From positions 1 to 30,106 of the forward strand of contig CAYZND010000003.1 of the NCBI GenBank assembly GCA_964479495.1: DNA of 30,106 nucleotides, read 5' to 3'. Below, one piece after another: positions 15,643 through 24,488 of this stretch. Position numbers and translations under genes: made by a program. The stretch comes from an uncultured Mesoterricola sp. (GTDB lineage Bacteria; Acidobacteriota; Holophagae; Holophagales; Holophagaceae). The first letter of the stretch is position 1. Each line of letters starts with the position of its first letter. The notes beneath the pieces are model-generated. The model saw nothing but the letters and a program-made list of their open reading frames with translations. It did not search any database and was not told the origin of the DNA.

Positions 15643-17670
15643 ATGAAGAAGGTCGTGGTGCTCAGCATCGGGAAGCTGGCGGGGGACGTCATCGTCGGTC
15701 AGATCCGGCGCTTCTTCCGCGACACCGTGGCCGTCGAGCGCTACTGCCTCCATGATGAGTTGGACTTCTCCCCGGATGAAGTGATCGCGGTGCTGACGGG
15801 AGAGCAGGCCAAGGCGAGGCCCAGGGTGATGGAGATGATCCGGGCGGGGATGGACTACCTCATCGCCCGGCGGGCCATCGACTACACGCGCATCCAGGAT
15901 GTGCTCGCCCTGCCCGATGGCATGGACGTGCTCCTGGTGAACGACTACGAGTCCAGCACGAATGCGGCCATCGACCACCTCAAGCGCGTGGGGCTGGATC
16001 ATGTGAACTACTTCCCCTACTACCCGGGCATTTCCGACTACAAGCCTCTCAAGGTGGCCATCACGCCCGGGGAGCCGACACTCATGCCCTCCTGCGTGGA
16101 GAAGTTCATCGACATCGGCACCCGGCAAGCGGACATCTCCACCATCGTGGAGCTCGTACAGCGCCTGGGCCTGATGGAGAAGCTGGGGGACTCCATCTCC
16201 TCCCAGCATCTGCGCGAGATCACGCGGCTGCTCCGGGAGATCGATCAGGCGGGCAAGCGGGTCTCCCACATGCGGGACACCCTTCAGGTGCTCGCGGACT
16301 ACGCGCCGAACGGCATCCTCTACACGGATCTCTCGGGCCGCATCCTGCTCGGCAACCACACCATGGGCACGGTCCTGCGCATGGAGCCGGAAGCCATGAC
16401 CGACCGGCTCATCACGGACATCGTGCCCGGGATGCCGACCTCCCCGGAGGCCCTGGAGTCGAGCACGGTCCTCTCCATCGGCGGCCAGGAGATGGTGGTG
16501 TGGGAGAAGCCCGTGAAGCAGGACGAGGCCATCGTCGGCCACATCTATGTCTTCGAGACCAGCCACACCATCCAGACCCTGGAATACGAGCTGCGGCGGA
16601 AGGCGCGCAAGCTGGAGCACGAGGCGCGCTACACCTTCCACGACATCCTGAGCAAGAGCGCCCAGATGGACCGGGTCTTGGCCTATGCCAAGCGGGTGTC
16701 CCAGAGTGACTCCACCATCCTGATCCAAGGCGAGAGCGGCACCGGCAAGGAGCTCTTCGCCCAGGCCATCCACAATGCCTCCAAGCGACGGCAGGGGCCC
16801 TTCGTGCCCGTGAACTTCGCGGCCTTTCCCCAGAGCCTCCTGGAAAGCGAGCTCTTCGGCTACGAGGATGGCGCCTTCACGGGAGCACGAAAAGGCGGGC
16901 GACGGGGCCTGTTCGAAGAAGCCCACGGGGGCACCATCTTCCTTGACGAGATCGGGGACGCACCGCTGGAGTTTCAGGTGCGGTTGCTGCGGGTGCTCCA
17001 GGAGCGTCAGGTTCGCCCCGTGGGTGGCCGCAAGCAGGTGCCCATCGATGTGCGCGTCATCGCCGCCACCCACAAGGATCTCGCTGCGGAGGTGAAGCAG
17101 GGGAACTTTCGCGAGGACCTCTACTACCGTCTCAGCGTCCTGCCCTTGCGCATGCCCAGCCTGCGGGAGCGGCGGGAGGATGTACCGCTGCTCATGGAAC
17201 AGTTCATCCGGCGCTTCAGCCACGGACGGCTCGCCAAGGCCAGCGCGGTCATGACCCCGGAGACCTTGGAGCATCTCTGCGGTTACGCATGGCCCGGCAA
17301 CATCCGGCAGCTCATGAATGTGGTCGAGTTCCTGATGCACCTCCGGGAGGACCACAAGCTGGTGCAGATGGAGGATCTGCCGGAGTACTTGCTGCAGGAA
17401 GAGCCCGTGAAGGATCAGCAGCTGGTGCACGAGCTGCTGGGACCGGACATGGCATGGGTCCTGAGGAAGTTCTGGGAGCATGGCCACATCGGACGGCGCC
17501 ACCTCGCGCAGCTGGCGGTCCGTGAGCAACCCCATCTCACCGAGGGCATGATTCGTGGCTTGCTGCAGACGACGGAATCCCTGGGACTGACCAAATCGGG
17601 CAAGGGGAGGACAGGGTCGGCCATCACCGAAAAGGGGAAGCGAGCAGCAGACAAATGGGCAATAGGGTGA
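15643..17670 (+). CDS. Sigma54-dependent enhancer-binding protein (unknown N-domain, PAS-like domain, AAA+, atypical C-terminal DNA-binding domain)
   Basis: Walker A GESGTGKE, ESELFGYEDGAFTGA, Walker B FLDEIG, RVIAAT, FREDLYYRL, WPGNIRQL. C-terminus GRRHLAQ..EGMIRGLL..GRTGSAIT is winged-helix-like rather than Fis-like. Confidence 0.93.
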   Translation: MKKVVVLSIGKLAGDVIVGQIRRFFRDTVAVERYCLHDELDFSPDEVIAVLTGEQAKARPRVMEMIRAGMDYLIARRAIDYTRIQDVLALPDGMDVLLVNDYESSTNAAIDHLKRVGLDHVNYFPYYPGISDYKPLKVAITPGEPTLMPSCVEKFIDIGTRQADISTIVELVQRLGLMEKLGDSISSQHLREITRLLREIDQAGKRVSHMRDTLQVLADYAPNGILYTDLSGRILLGNHTMGTVLRMEPEAMTDRLITDIVPGMPTSPEALESSTVLSIGGQEMVVWEKPVKQDEAIVGHIYVFETSHTIQTLEYELRRKARKLEHEARYTFHDILSKSAQMDRVLAYAKRVSQSDSTILIQGESGTGKELFAQAIHNASKRRQGPFVPVNFAAFPQSLLESELFGYEDGAFTGARKGGRRGLFEEAHGGTIFLDEIGDAPLEFQVRLLRVLQERQVRPVGGRKQVPIDVRVIAATHKDLAAEVKQGNFREDLYYRLSVLPLRMPSLRERREDVPLLMEQFIRRFSHGRLAKASAVMTPETLEHLCGYAWPGNIRQLMNVVEFLMHLREDHKLVQMEDLPEYLLQEEPVKDQQLVHELLGPDMAWVLRKFWEHGHIGRRHLAQLAVREQPHLTEGMIRGLLQTTESLGLTKSGKGRTGSAITEKGKRAADKWAIG

Positions 17671-17773
17671 ATAAAAGGGTAAAACATTAACCCATATCAA
17701 CCGGTGGGACGACCATTGGCTTCGGGGAGCATGGCGATGCCCCTTGGAGACTCATGATTGAAACATCAAGCGG

Positions 17774-17806
17774 CACTTTCGTTCCTCGCCTGAGTGAACG
17801 AAAGTG
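17774..17806. promoter_or_regulatory. Inverted repeat upstream of the iadA sigma54 promoter (candidate activator site or hairpin)
   Basis: Perfect 11-bp arms CACTTTCGTTC / GAACGAAAGTG with an 11-nt spacer, ending 59 bp before the -24 box. Confidence 0.45.
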
Positions 17807-17864
17807 GCGCCTGTAGGGGGTTTGGGAGATCCTCCCGGGAAGTCCATCGGGAGGACGAGCCCCC

Positions 17865-17880
17865 TGGCGCCGATCTTGCA
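17865..17880 (+). promoter_or_regulatory. Sigma54 (-24/-12) promoter of iadA
   Basis: TGGCGCCGATCTTGCA has exact GG-N10-GC spacing and TTGCA, 63 nt before the ATG at 17944, directly downstream of a bEBP gene. Confidence 0.85.
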
Positions 17881-17943
17881 TTCCGGTGCGAAAGCCTGGT
17901 GTTGAACGATCGTCGTTTCCGCTGCTGCCAAGGAGTCTTGTTG

Positions 17944-19206
17944 ATGAGTGCCGTTTCCCGCGATGCGTCCATCTTGAAGTTGATCGAAGGACCCGACATC
18001 TATGCTCCGGAATTCCTGGGACCCATGAACGTGCTGGTCGCGGGCGATGTCATTGCGGTGGTTCAACGGGAGCCGATCCGTGTAGGAAACCTGGAGGTGG
18101 AGGTCATCGATGGCCGGGGGAAGTGCCTCGTCCCGGGCTTCATCGACGGCCATGTCCATCTCCTCGGGGGGGGCGGCGAAGGGGGCTACGCCTCACGCAC
18201 GCCGGAGATCATGCTCACGGACATCACCACGGGGGGCGTCACCACGGTGATCGGCTGCCTGGGAACCGACGGCACCACCCGGACCATGGCCAACCTGGTG
18301 GCGAAAGCCCGGGGGCTGGAAGCCGAGGGGATCACCACCCACATCTACACAGGCTCCTACCAGGTTCCCGTTCCGACGGTGACCGGCTCCATCCTGGATG
18401 ACATCGTGCTCATCGACAAGGTTCTTGGCGTGGGCGAGGTGGCCCTGTCCGATCATCGCTCCTCCCAGCCCACGTTCGACGAGTTCGCACGGATCGCTGC
18501 GGCGGCCCGGGTCGGCGGGATGCTCTCCGGAAAAGCCGGTGTGGTCAACGTCCACATGGGCGATGGGGAGCGGCTGCTGTCCATGATCGAGCGGGTCATC
18601 GGTGAAACGGAGATCCCCGCCAAGCACTTCATCCCCACACACATCAACCGGAACAGCCGGCTCTTCGAAGCGGGGATGGCCTATGCCAAGCAGGATGGCG
18701 GGAAGGGTCGCTACATCGATCTGACGACGAGTTCCGTGCCTGACGATCCGAACCGCTCCTGCGGGGCTGCCCTGAAGCGGCTCCTGGAGGCCGGGGTGTC
18801 GATCCACAGCATCAGCTTCAGCTCCGATGGCCAAGGTAGCCTGCCGATCTTCAATGAGGCCAGGGAATACATGGGGTTGGGCGTGGGCAAGGTGTCCACG
18901 CTCTTTGCGGAAGTCAAGAAGGCCATCCGGGTCCATGGCGTGCCATTGGAGGAGGCGATCCGCACGATCACCTCGACACCCGCCACCTATCTTGGCCTCT
19001 CCTCCAAAGGGGCGATCCGTGTGGGCGCCGATGCGGACCTCGTGCTGCTGGATCCCGACTTCGAGATCGATACGGTCCTGGCCCGCGGCCAGGTGATGGT
19101 GCGGGGACACCGGATCCAGCGTTTCGGTACCTTCGAGCGGGACGTGATGAACAACCTCGAGTCCAAGAGAGGATTCATGGAGAGCCGGCAACGGACCTGC
19201 GGTTAA
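17944..19206 (+). CDS. iadA: Isoaspartyl dipeptidase (beta-aspartyl peptidase, amidohydrolase family)
   Basis: PGFIDGHVHLLGGGGEGG..SRTPE, GCLGTDG, GEVALSDHRSSQP, VHMGDG, PTHINR, SSDGQGSLP, GADADL, GTFE. AGGAG RBS. Confidence 0.95.
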   Translation: MSAVSRDASILKLIEGPDIYAPEFLGPMNVLVAGDVIAVVQREPIRVGNLEVEVIDGRGKCLVPGFIDGHVHLLGGGGEGGYASRTPEIMLTDITTGGVTTVIGCLGTDGTTRTMANLVAKARGLEAEGITTHIYTGSYQVPVPTVTGSILDDIVLIDKVLGVGEVALSDHRSSQPTFDEFARIAAAARVGGMLSGKAGVVNVHMGDGERLLSMIERVIGETEIPAKHFIPTHINRNSRLFEAGMAYAKQDGGKGRYIDLTTSSVPDDPNRSCGAALKRLLEAGVSIHSISFSSDGQGSLPIFNEAREYMGLGVGKVSTLFAEVKKAIRVHGVPLEEAIRTITSTPATYLGLSSKGAIRVGADADLVLLDPDFEIDTVLARGQVMVRGHRIQRFGTFERDVMNNLESKRGFMESRQRTCG

Positions 19207-19319
19207 AAACAGGCATGATGTCCAGTCCGGAGGCTGAAAGCACCAGGATGCTGTGATTAATTCATAATTGTTAACGAGCGCTTGCGTCTCTGTACTTGAG
19301 TCCACGGCGTTCGCCCCCT

Positions 19320-19335
19320 TGGCATCCCTCTTGCT
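19320..19335 (+). promoter_or_regulatory. Sigma54 (-24/-12) promoter of the DUF3798 ABC operon
   Basis: TGGCATCCCTCTTGCT has GG-N10-GC spacing and is near consensus, 54 nt before the ATG at 19390. An AT-rich tract lies at about 19256-19275. Confidence 0.87.
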
Positions 19336-19389
19336 CTTCTGTCTTTCTAATCCCGATCCATCCTTCGGTGGAACTTTCTAGGAGGCTCT

Positions 19390-20610
19390 ATGATGAGCGT
19401 ACGTAAGGCGATGGCGCGGTTCGCGCTCGCCCTTTGCGTGGCTGCGCCGGGCACCATGGCGATGGCCGCGGCCAAGTACCACGTGGGAATCGTCACCGGC
19501 ACGGTGAGCCAGAGCGAGGATGACCTCCGCGGCGCCGAAGCCATGATCAAGGAATACGGCGACGTGAAGAACGGGGGCATGATCCAGCACCTGACCTACC
19601 CCAACAACTTCATGGCCGAACAGCAGACCACGATCTCCCAGATCGTGTCCCTCGCCAATGACCCGCTGATGAAGGCGATCGTCATGAACCAGGCCGTGCC
19701 GGGCGCCGCCGAAGGCTTCCGCCGCGTGCGCGAGATGCGCCCCGACATCCTCCTGCTGGGCGGCGTGCCCCAGGAAGATCCCCTCGTCGTCGCCAAGACC
19801 GCCGACCTGATCATGCGCAACGACTTCGTGTCCGCGGGCTACCGCGTGATCTGGGCCGCCAAGCAGCTCGGCGCCAAGACCTTCGTGCACATCTCCTTCC
19901 CCCGCCACATGAGCGTGGAGACCCTGACCCGCCGCCGGATGATCTTCGAGCAGGCCTGCAACGACCTGGGCATCAAGTTCGTGTTCGAGACCGCTCCCGA
20001 TCCGACCTCCGATGTGGGCATCGTCGGCGCCCAGCAGTTCATGCTCGAGAACGTGCCCAAGTGGGTGGCCAAGTACGGCAAGGACGCCTGCTTCTACGCC
20101 ACCAACGACGCCCACACCGAGCCCCTCATCCGTCAGGTCGTGGAATACGGCGGCATCTTCGTGGAAGCCAGCCTTCCCTCCCCGCTGCTGGGCTACCCCG
20201 GCGCCCTCGGCATCGACCTCAAGGCCGAGAAGGGCGACTTCCCCGCCATCATGAAGAAGGTTGAAGCGGCCGTGGTCGCCAAGGGCGGCAAGGGTCGGCT
20301 CGGCACCTGGTCCTACTCCTTCGGCTACAGTGCCACCGTGGGCCTCACCCAGCACGCCATGAACGTGGTGGAAGGCAAGTCGAAGATGACCAACATGAAG
20401 GACATCTTCAAGGCCTTCGCCAAGTACACCCCCGGCGCCAAGTGGGGCGGCTCCTACTACGTGGACGCCTCCACCGGCGTGAAGCTGGAGAACTTCGTGC
20501 TGCTGCTCCAGGACACCTACATCTTCGGCAAGGGCTACATCAAGTCCGCCGAGGTCAAGGTGCCCGAGAAGTACCTCAAGATCTCTTCCGGCCTCAAGAA
20601 GAAGCCGTAA
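19390..20610 (+). CDS. DUF3798-family periplasmic substrate-binding protein
   Basis: Signal peptide; YHVGIVTGTVSQSEDDLRGAE, TYPNNFMAE, HISFPRH, APDPTSDVG..GAQQF, TNDAHTEPL. AGGAGG RBS; first gene of an ABC operon. Confidence 0.88.
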   Translation: MMSVRKAMARFALALCVAAPGTMAMAAAKYHVGIVTGTVSQSEDDLRGAEAMIKEYGDVKNGGMIQHLTYPNNFMAEQQTTISQIVSLANDPLMKAIVMNQAVPGAAEGFRRVREMRPDILLLGGVPQEDPLVVAKTADLIMRNDFVSAGYRVIWAAKQLGAKTFVHISFPRHMSVETLTRRRMIFEQACNDLGIKFVFETAPDPTSDVGIVGAQQFMLENVPKWVAKYGKDACFYATNDAHTEPLIRQVVEYGGIFVEASLPSPLLGYPGALGIDLKAEKGDFPAIMKKVEAAVVAKGGKGRLGTWSYSFGYSATVGLTQHAMNVVEGKSKMTNMKDIFKAFAKYTPGAKWGGSYYVDASTGVKLENFVLLLQDTYIFGKGYIKSAEVKVPEKYLKISSGLKKKP

Positions 20611-20639
20611 CACGCATCAGCCTCAACAGCCGGCGCACC

Positions 20640-20663
20640 GGGGGCAGCCTTTTGGCTGCCCCC
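20640..20663 (+). other. Intercistronic stem-loop between binding-protein and ATPase genes
   Basis: Perfect 10-bp stem GGGGGCAGCC / GGCTGCCCCC with a TTTT loop and no downstream U-tract. Confidence 0.6.
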
Positions 20664-20695
20664 GCCGCGGCGGCCTCCTCACGCGGAAGGAATCA

Positions 20696-22312
20696 ATGGA
20701 AGCGGTACCGATCCTCAGTTTGCGGAACATCGGAAAGGCCTTCTACGAGAACCGGGTCCTGGCGGATGTCTCCTTCGACGTGGCGCCCGGCGAGATCATC
20801 GGTCTCGTGGGAGAGAACGGGGCGGGCAAGTCCACCCTCATGAAGATCCTCTTCGGCATGCCCGTGATCCGGGAGACCGGCGGATTCGAGGGCAGCATCC
20901 TGATCGATGGGAAGGAAGTGGACTTCCGCACGCCCTTCGATGCGCTGGATGCGGGCATCGGCATGGTCCACCAGGAGTTCTCCCTCATCCCCGGCTTCAC
21001 GACGACGGAGAACATCCTCCTCAACCGCGAGTCCTTCCAGAACTCCATCCTCATCGACATCTTCGGCCCCCGCATCAGCGCCCTGGACCGCATGACCATG
21101 GAGAGCCGCTCCAAGAAGGCCATCGACAAGCTGGGCGTCACCCTCGACCCCAACATGCTCATCAAGGAGATGCCCGTCGGACACAAGCAGTTCACGGAGA
21201 TCGCGCGGGAGCTCGGGCGCGAGAACGTGAAGCTGATCGTGCTGGACGAACCCACGGCCGTGCTCACGGAAAGCGAGGCGGAAACCCTGCTCGCCTCCCT
21301 GCGCATCCTCTCGGCGGAAGGCATCGCCATCATCTTCATCTCCCACCGGCTCCGCGAGGTCGTGGAGCTGTGTCACCGCGTGGTGGTGCTGCGGGACGGC
21401 CACCTCGTCAAGGACTACCCGGCCAAGGGGACCACCACCAAGGAGATCGCCTCCCTCATGGTGGGCCGCAGGATGGAGAGTGCCGCCGAGGAGACTCACC
21501 GCAAGGACATCGGCAGCGGATCCGTCCTGACCGTCGAGAAGCTCTGGGTCGACATGCCCGGTGAGCGGGTCCGGAGCGTGGACCTGGACATCAAGCAGGG
21601 CGAGATCTTCGGGATCGGCGGCCTGGCGGGGCAGGGGAAGCTCGGCATTCCCAACGGCCTCATGGGGCTCTACCCGGCTGGCGGCACCGTGACCCTGCAC
21701 GGGCAGCCGGTCCCCCTGAACGCTCCCCGCGCGGTGCTGGAGCGCAAGATGGCCTTCGTGTCCGAGGACCGGCGCGGGGTCGGCCTGCTCCTGGACGAGG
21801 GCATCGACTGGAACATCGCCTTCACCGCCATGCAGGTGCAGGACAAGTATGTGAAGCCCATCCTGGGCGGCCTGTTCCTGTGGCGGTCCGACTCCGCCAT
21901 GGTGGACCTGGCGAAGGAGTACATCGACCTCCTGGAGATCAAGTGCACCGGTCCGGGCCAGCGGGCGGGAACCGTCTCCGGGGGCAACCAGCAGAAGGTG
22001 TGCCTGGCCAAGGCCTTCGCCCTGCGTCCGGACCTGCTGTTCGTGTCCGAGCCCACCCGGGGCATCGACATCGGCGCCAAGCACCTGGTGCTCGACACCC
22101 TCCGGAAGTACAACCGCGAGTATGGAACGACCATCGTGATGATCTCCAGTGAGCTGGAGGAGCTGCGCTCCATCTGCGACCGGATCGGCATCGTCTACGA
22201 AGGCCGCATCGAAGGGATCCTCCCGAGCACGGCTCCCATCGAGGAATTCGGCATCCTGATGGCTGGCGCGGACAAGGATGTAGCACCGGCTGTGGCCGGC
22301 GGAGGGAACTGA
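20696..22312 (+). CDS. ABC transporter ATP-binding protein, tandem-domain sugar (RbsA/MglA-like) type
   Basis: GENGAGKS, VHQE, LDEPT, ISHRL in domain 1; VSEDRR, SGGNQQKV, EPTRGIDIGAK, ISSELEEL in domain 2. Confidence 0.93.
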   Translation: MEAVPILSLRNIGKAFYENRVLADVSFDVAPGEIIGLVGENGAGKSTLMKILFGMPVIRETGGFEGSILIDGKEVDFRTPFDALDAGIGMVHQEFSLIPGFTTTENILLNRESFQNSILIDIFGPRISALDRMTMESRSKKAIDKLGVTLDPNMLIKEMPVGHKQFTEIARELGRENVKLIVLDEPTAVLTESEAETLLASLRILSAEGIAIIFISHRLREVVELCHRVVVLRDGHLVKDYPAKGTTTKEIASLMVGRRMESAAEETHRKDIGSGSVLTVEKLWVDMPGERVRSVDLDIKQGEIFGIGGLAGQGKLGIPNGLMGLYPAGGTVTLHGQPVPLNAPRAVLERKMAFVSEDRRGVGLLLDEGIDWNIAFTAMQVQDKYVKPILGGLFLWRSDSAMVDLAKEYIDLLEIKCTGPGQRAGTVSGGNQQKVCLAKAFALRPDLLFVSEPTRGIDIGAKHLVLDTLRKYNREYGTTIVMISSELEELRSICDRIGIVYEGRIEGILPSTAPIEEFGILMAGADKDVAPAVAGGGN

Positions 22313-22314
22313 AC

Positions 22315-23355
22315 ATGGAAGGCCTCAAGCGTTTCATCGCCGACTTCGGTCTGCCGCGGCTCATCATCGCCGTATTCCTCTTCCTGCTGTTCGCCGTCGC
22401 CCCCTTCGTGGGAGTGAGCCTTCCGGCCGCCATCTCCGACACGCTGATCCGCGTCGGCATGAACGGCATCATGGTCCTGGCCATGATCCCCATGATCCAG
22501 TCGGGCTGCGGCCTGAACTTCGGTCTCTCCCTGGGAGTCATCGCAGGCCTCCTGGGTTCCACCATCAGCATCGAGATGGGACTGGTGGGCCTCCTGGGAT
22601 TCCTGATGGCCGTGCTGCTCTCGCAGGGGTTTGGGGCGGCCTTCGGTTTCGGCTATGGCAAGCTGCTCAACCGCGTCAAGGGCGGCGAGATGATGATCGC
22701 CACCTACGTGGGCTTCTCCTCCGTGATGATCATGTCCATCGCCTGGCTGGTGCTGCCCTACAAGAGCCCCACCATGATCTGGGGGTTCGCGGGCACGGGG
22801 CTGCGGACCACCATCTCCGTGGAGGGCTTCTGGCGGCACATCCTGGATGACTTCCTGGCCATCCAGATCGCGGACTTCAAGTTCCCCACGGGCGCGATCC
22901 TGGTGTTCCTGCTGGTGGCGCTGGCCGTCTGGGCCTTCTTCCATCTGAAGCTGGGCACCGCGGTCACGGCGGTGGGCTCCAACCCGATCTACGCCAAGGC
23001 CTCGGGCATCAGCGTCAACAAGATGCGCATCGTCAGCGTCATGATGTCCACCATGCTCGGCGCCCTCGGGATCGTCGTCTTCCAGCAGAGCTTCGGCTTC
23101 ATCCAGCTCTACGACGGTCCCCTCTACATGGCCTTCCCGGCAGTTGCGGCGATCCTCATCGGCGGCGCCTCGGTGAACAAGGCGACGCTGACGCACGTCT
23201 TCCTCGGCACGCTGCTCTACCAGGGCATCCTCACCATGACCCCGTCCATCTTCAACGCCGTCATGAAGGTGGACATGTCGGACGTCATCCGGATCATCGT
23301 CTCCAACGGCATGATCCTCTACGCGCTGACCCGCAAGACGAAGGTGGCGAAATGA
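22315..23355 (+). CDS. ABC transporter permease (BPD_transp_2-like)
   Basis: Multiple TM helices, GLNFGLSLG, KLGTAVTAVGSN..A.ASGI, PAVAAILIGG. Confidence 0.9.
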   Translation: MEGLKRFIADFGLPRLIIAVFLFLLFAVAPFVGVSLPAAISDTLIRVGMNGIMVLAMIPMIQSGCGLNFGLSLGVIAGLLGSTISIEMGLVGLLGFLMAVLLSQGFGAAFGFGYGKLLNRVKGGEMMIATYVGFSSVMIMSIAWLVLPYKSPTMIWGFAGTGLRTTISVEGFWRHILDDFLAIQIADFKFPTGAILVFLLVALAVWAFFHLKLGTAVTAVGSNPIYAKASGISVNKMRIVSVMMSTMLGALGIVVFQQSFGFIQLYDGPLYMAFPAVAAILIGGASVNKATLTHVFLGTLLYQGILTMTPSIFNAVMKVDMSDVIRIIVSNGMILYALTRKTKVAK

Positions 23356-24488
23356 ATTCCAAGCTCCGGCTCTTCCTCATCGAGAACGCGGTCGTCATTC
23401 TCTTCATCATCCTCATCGCCTTCGCCATCCCCGTTTCCGAGCTCCCGGCAGGCTTCCTGCTGCAGGAGATCCTGATGCGGATCGGTCCCAATGCCTTCCT
23501 GGTGATCGCACTCCTGCTCCCGATCATGGCGGGCATGGGCCTGAACTTCGGCATGGTGCTTGGGGCCATGGCAGGCCAGATCGGACTCATCTTCATCACG
23601 GACTGGGGCATCGTGGGCATCCCCGGTGTGCTGCTCGCCATGATCATCTCGCTGCCCATCTCGGTCTTCCTGGGCTGGGTCTGCGGTTCGATCATGAACC
23701 TAGCCAAGGGTCGCGAGATGGTGACGGGCTTCATCCTGGCCTTCTTCATGAACGGCATCTACATGATCGTCGTCCTCTACGCCATGGGCAGCATCATCCC
23801 CATCCTGAACCCGGAATTGCTGCTGTCCCGCGGCTACGGCATCCGCAACGTGGTGGGCCTGGATGGCGTGCGGCAGTCCCTGGACAACCTCATCCCCCTG
23901 AAGTTCAACCTGTCCTTCCTCACGCCTCCGTTCGTCAAGGTGCCCATCTTCTGCTTCGTCATCGTGGCCCTGGTCTGCCTGTTCATCGTCTGGTTCCGCA
24001 AGACCAAGCTGGGCCAGGACATGCGGGCCGTGGGACAGGATCGGGCCGTGGCGGACGCCGCCGGCATTCCCGTCGAACGCACGCGCATCCTGGCGATCAT
24101 CATCTCCACCGCCCTCGCTGGCATCGGGCAGGTGATCTTCCTGCAGACCATGGGAACCATCAATACGACCGCCTCCCACGAGCAGATCGGCATGTTCTCC
24201 ATCGCCGCGCTGCTGATCGGCGGCGCCTCCGTGACGCGCGCCTCCATCCCCAATGTGCTCATCGGCGTCATCCTGTTCCACCTGCTGTTCCTGGTCTCGC
24301 CCATGGCCGGCAAGAACCTGGTGGGGTCCGCCCAGCTGGGCGAGTTCTTCCGCCAGTCCGTGAGCTACGGCGTCATCGCCGTGGCCCTGGTGCTCTACGA
24401 GTGGAAGCGGCAGACCCAGGAGCATGAGTCCCGCGCGGACCTGCGTGGCGAAACCGAACCGGCCAAGAAGGCGGGAGGTGCCGCATGA
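23352..24488 (+). CDS. ABC transporter permease (second subunit)
   Basis: Multiple TM helices, GLNFGMVLG, TKLGQDMRAVGQD..A.AAGI, FSIAALLIGG. ATGA overlap with the previous gene. Confidence 0.9.
   Translation: MNSKLRLFLIENAVVILFIILIAFAIPVSELPAGFLLQEILMRIGPNAFLVIALLLPIMAGMGLNFGMVLGAMAGQIGLIFITDWGIVGIPGVLLAMIISLPISVFLGWVCGSIMNLAKGREMVTGFILAFFMNGIYMIVVLYAMGSIIPILNPELLLSRGYGIRNVVGLDGVRQSLDNLIPLKFNLSFLTPPFVKVPIFCFVIVALVCLFIVWFRKTKLGQDMRAVGQDRAVADAAGIPVERTRILAIIISTALAGIGQVIFLQTMGTINTTASHEQIGMFSIAALLIGGASVTRASIPNVLIGVILFHLLFLVSPMAGKNLVGSAQLGEFFRQSVSYGVIAVALVLYEWKRQTQEHESRADLRGETEPAKKAGGAA

Noticed and set aside
17677-17693. Imperfect palindrome GGGTAAAACATTAACCC and a similar GGTTAAAAACA at about 19202
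   Set aside because: Several mismatches and inconsistent spacing to the two promoters; not distinguishable from chance in AT-rich spacers.
15139-17700. 853-aa minus-strand ORF
   Set aside because: Antisense to aat and the sigma54 activator, which carry clear motifs.
18193-23196. Series of long minus-strand ORFs (370, 411, 463, 333 aa)
   Set aside because: Antisense shadows of iadA and the ABC genes; H/V/G/D-rich composition typical of reverse frames.
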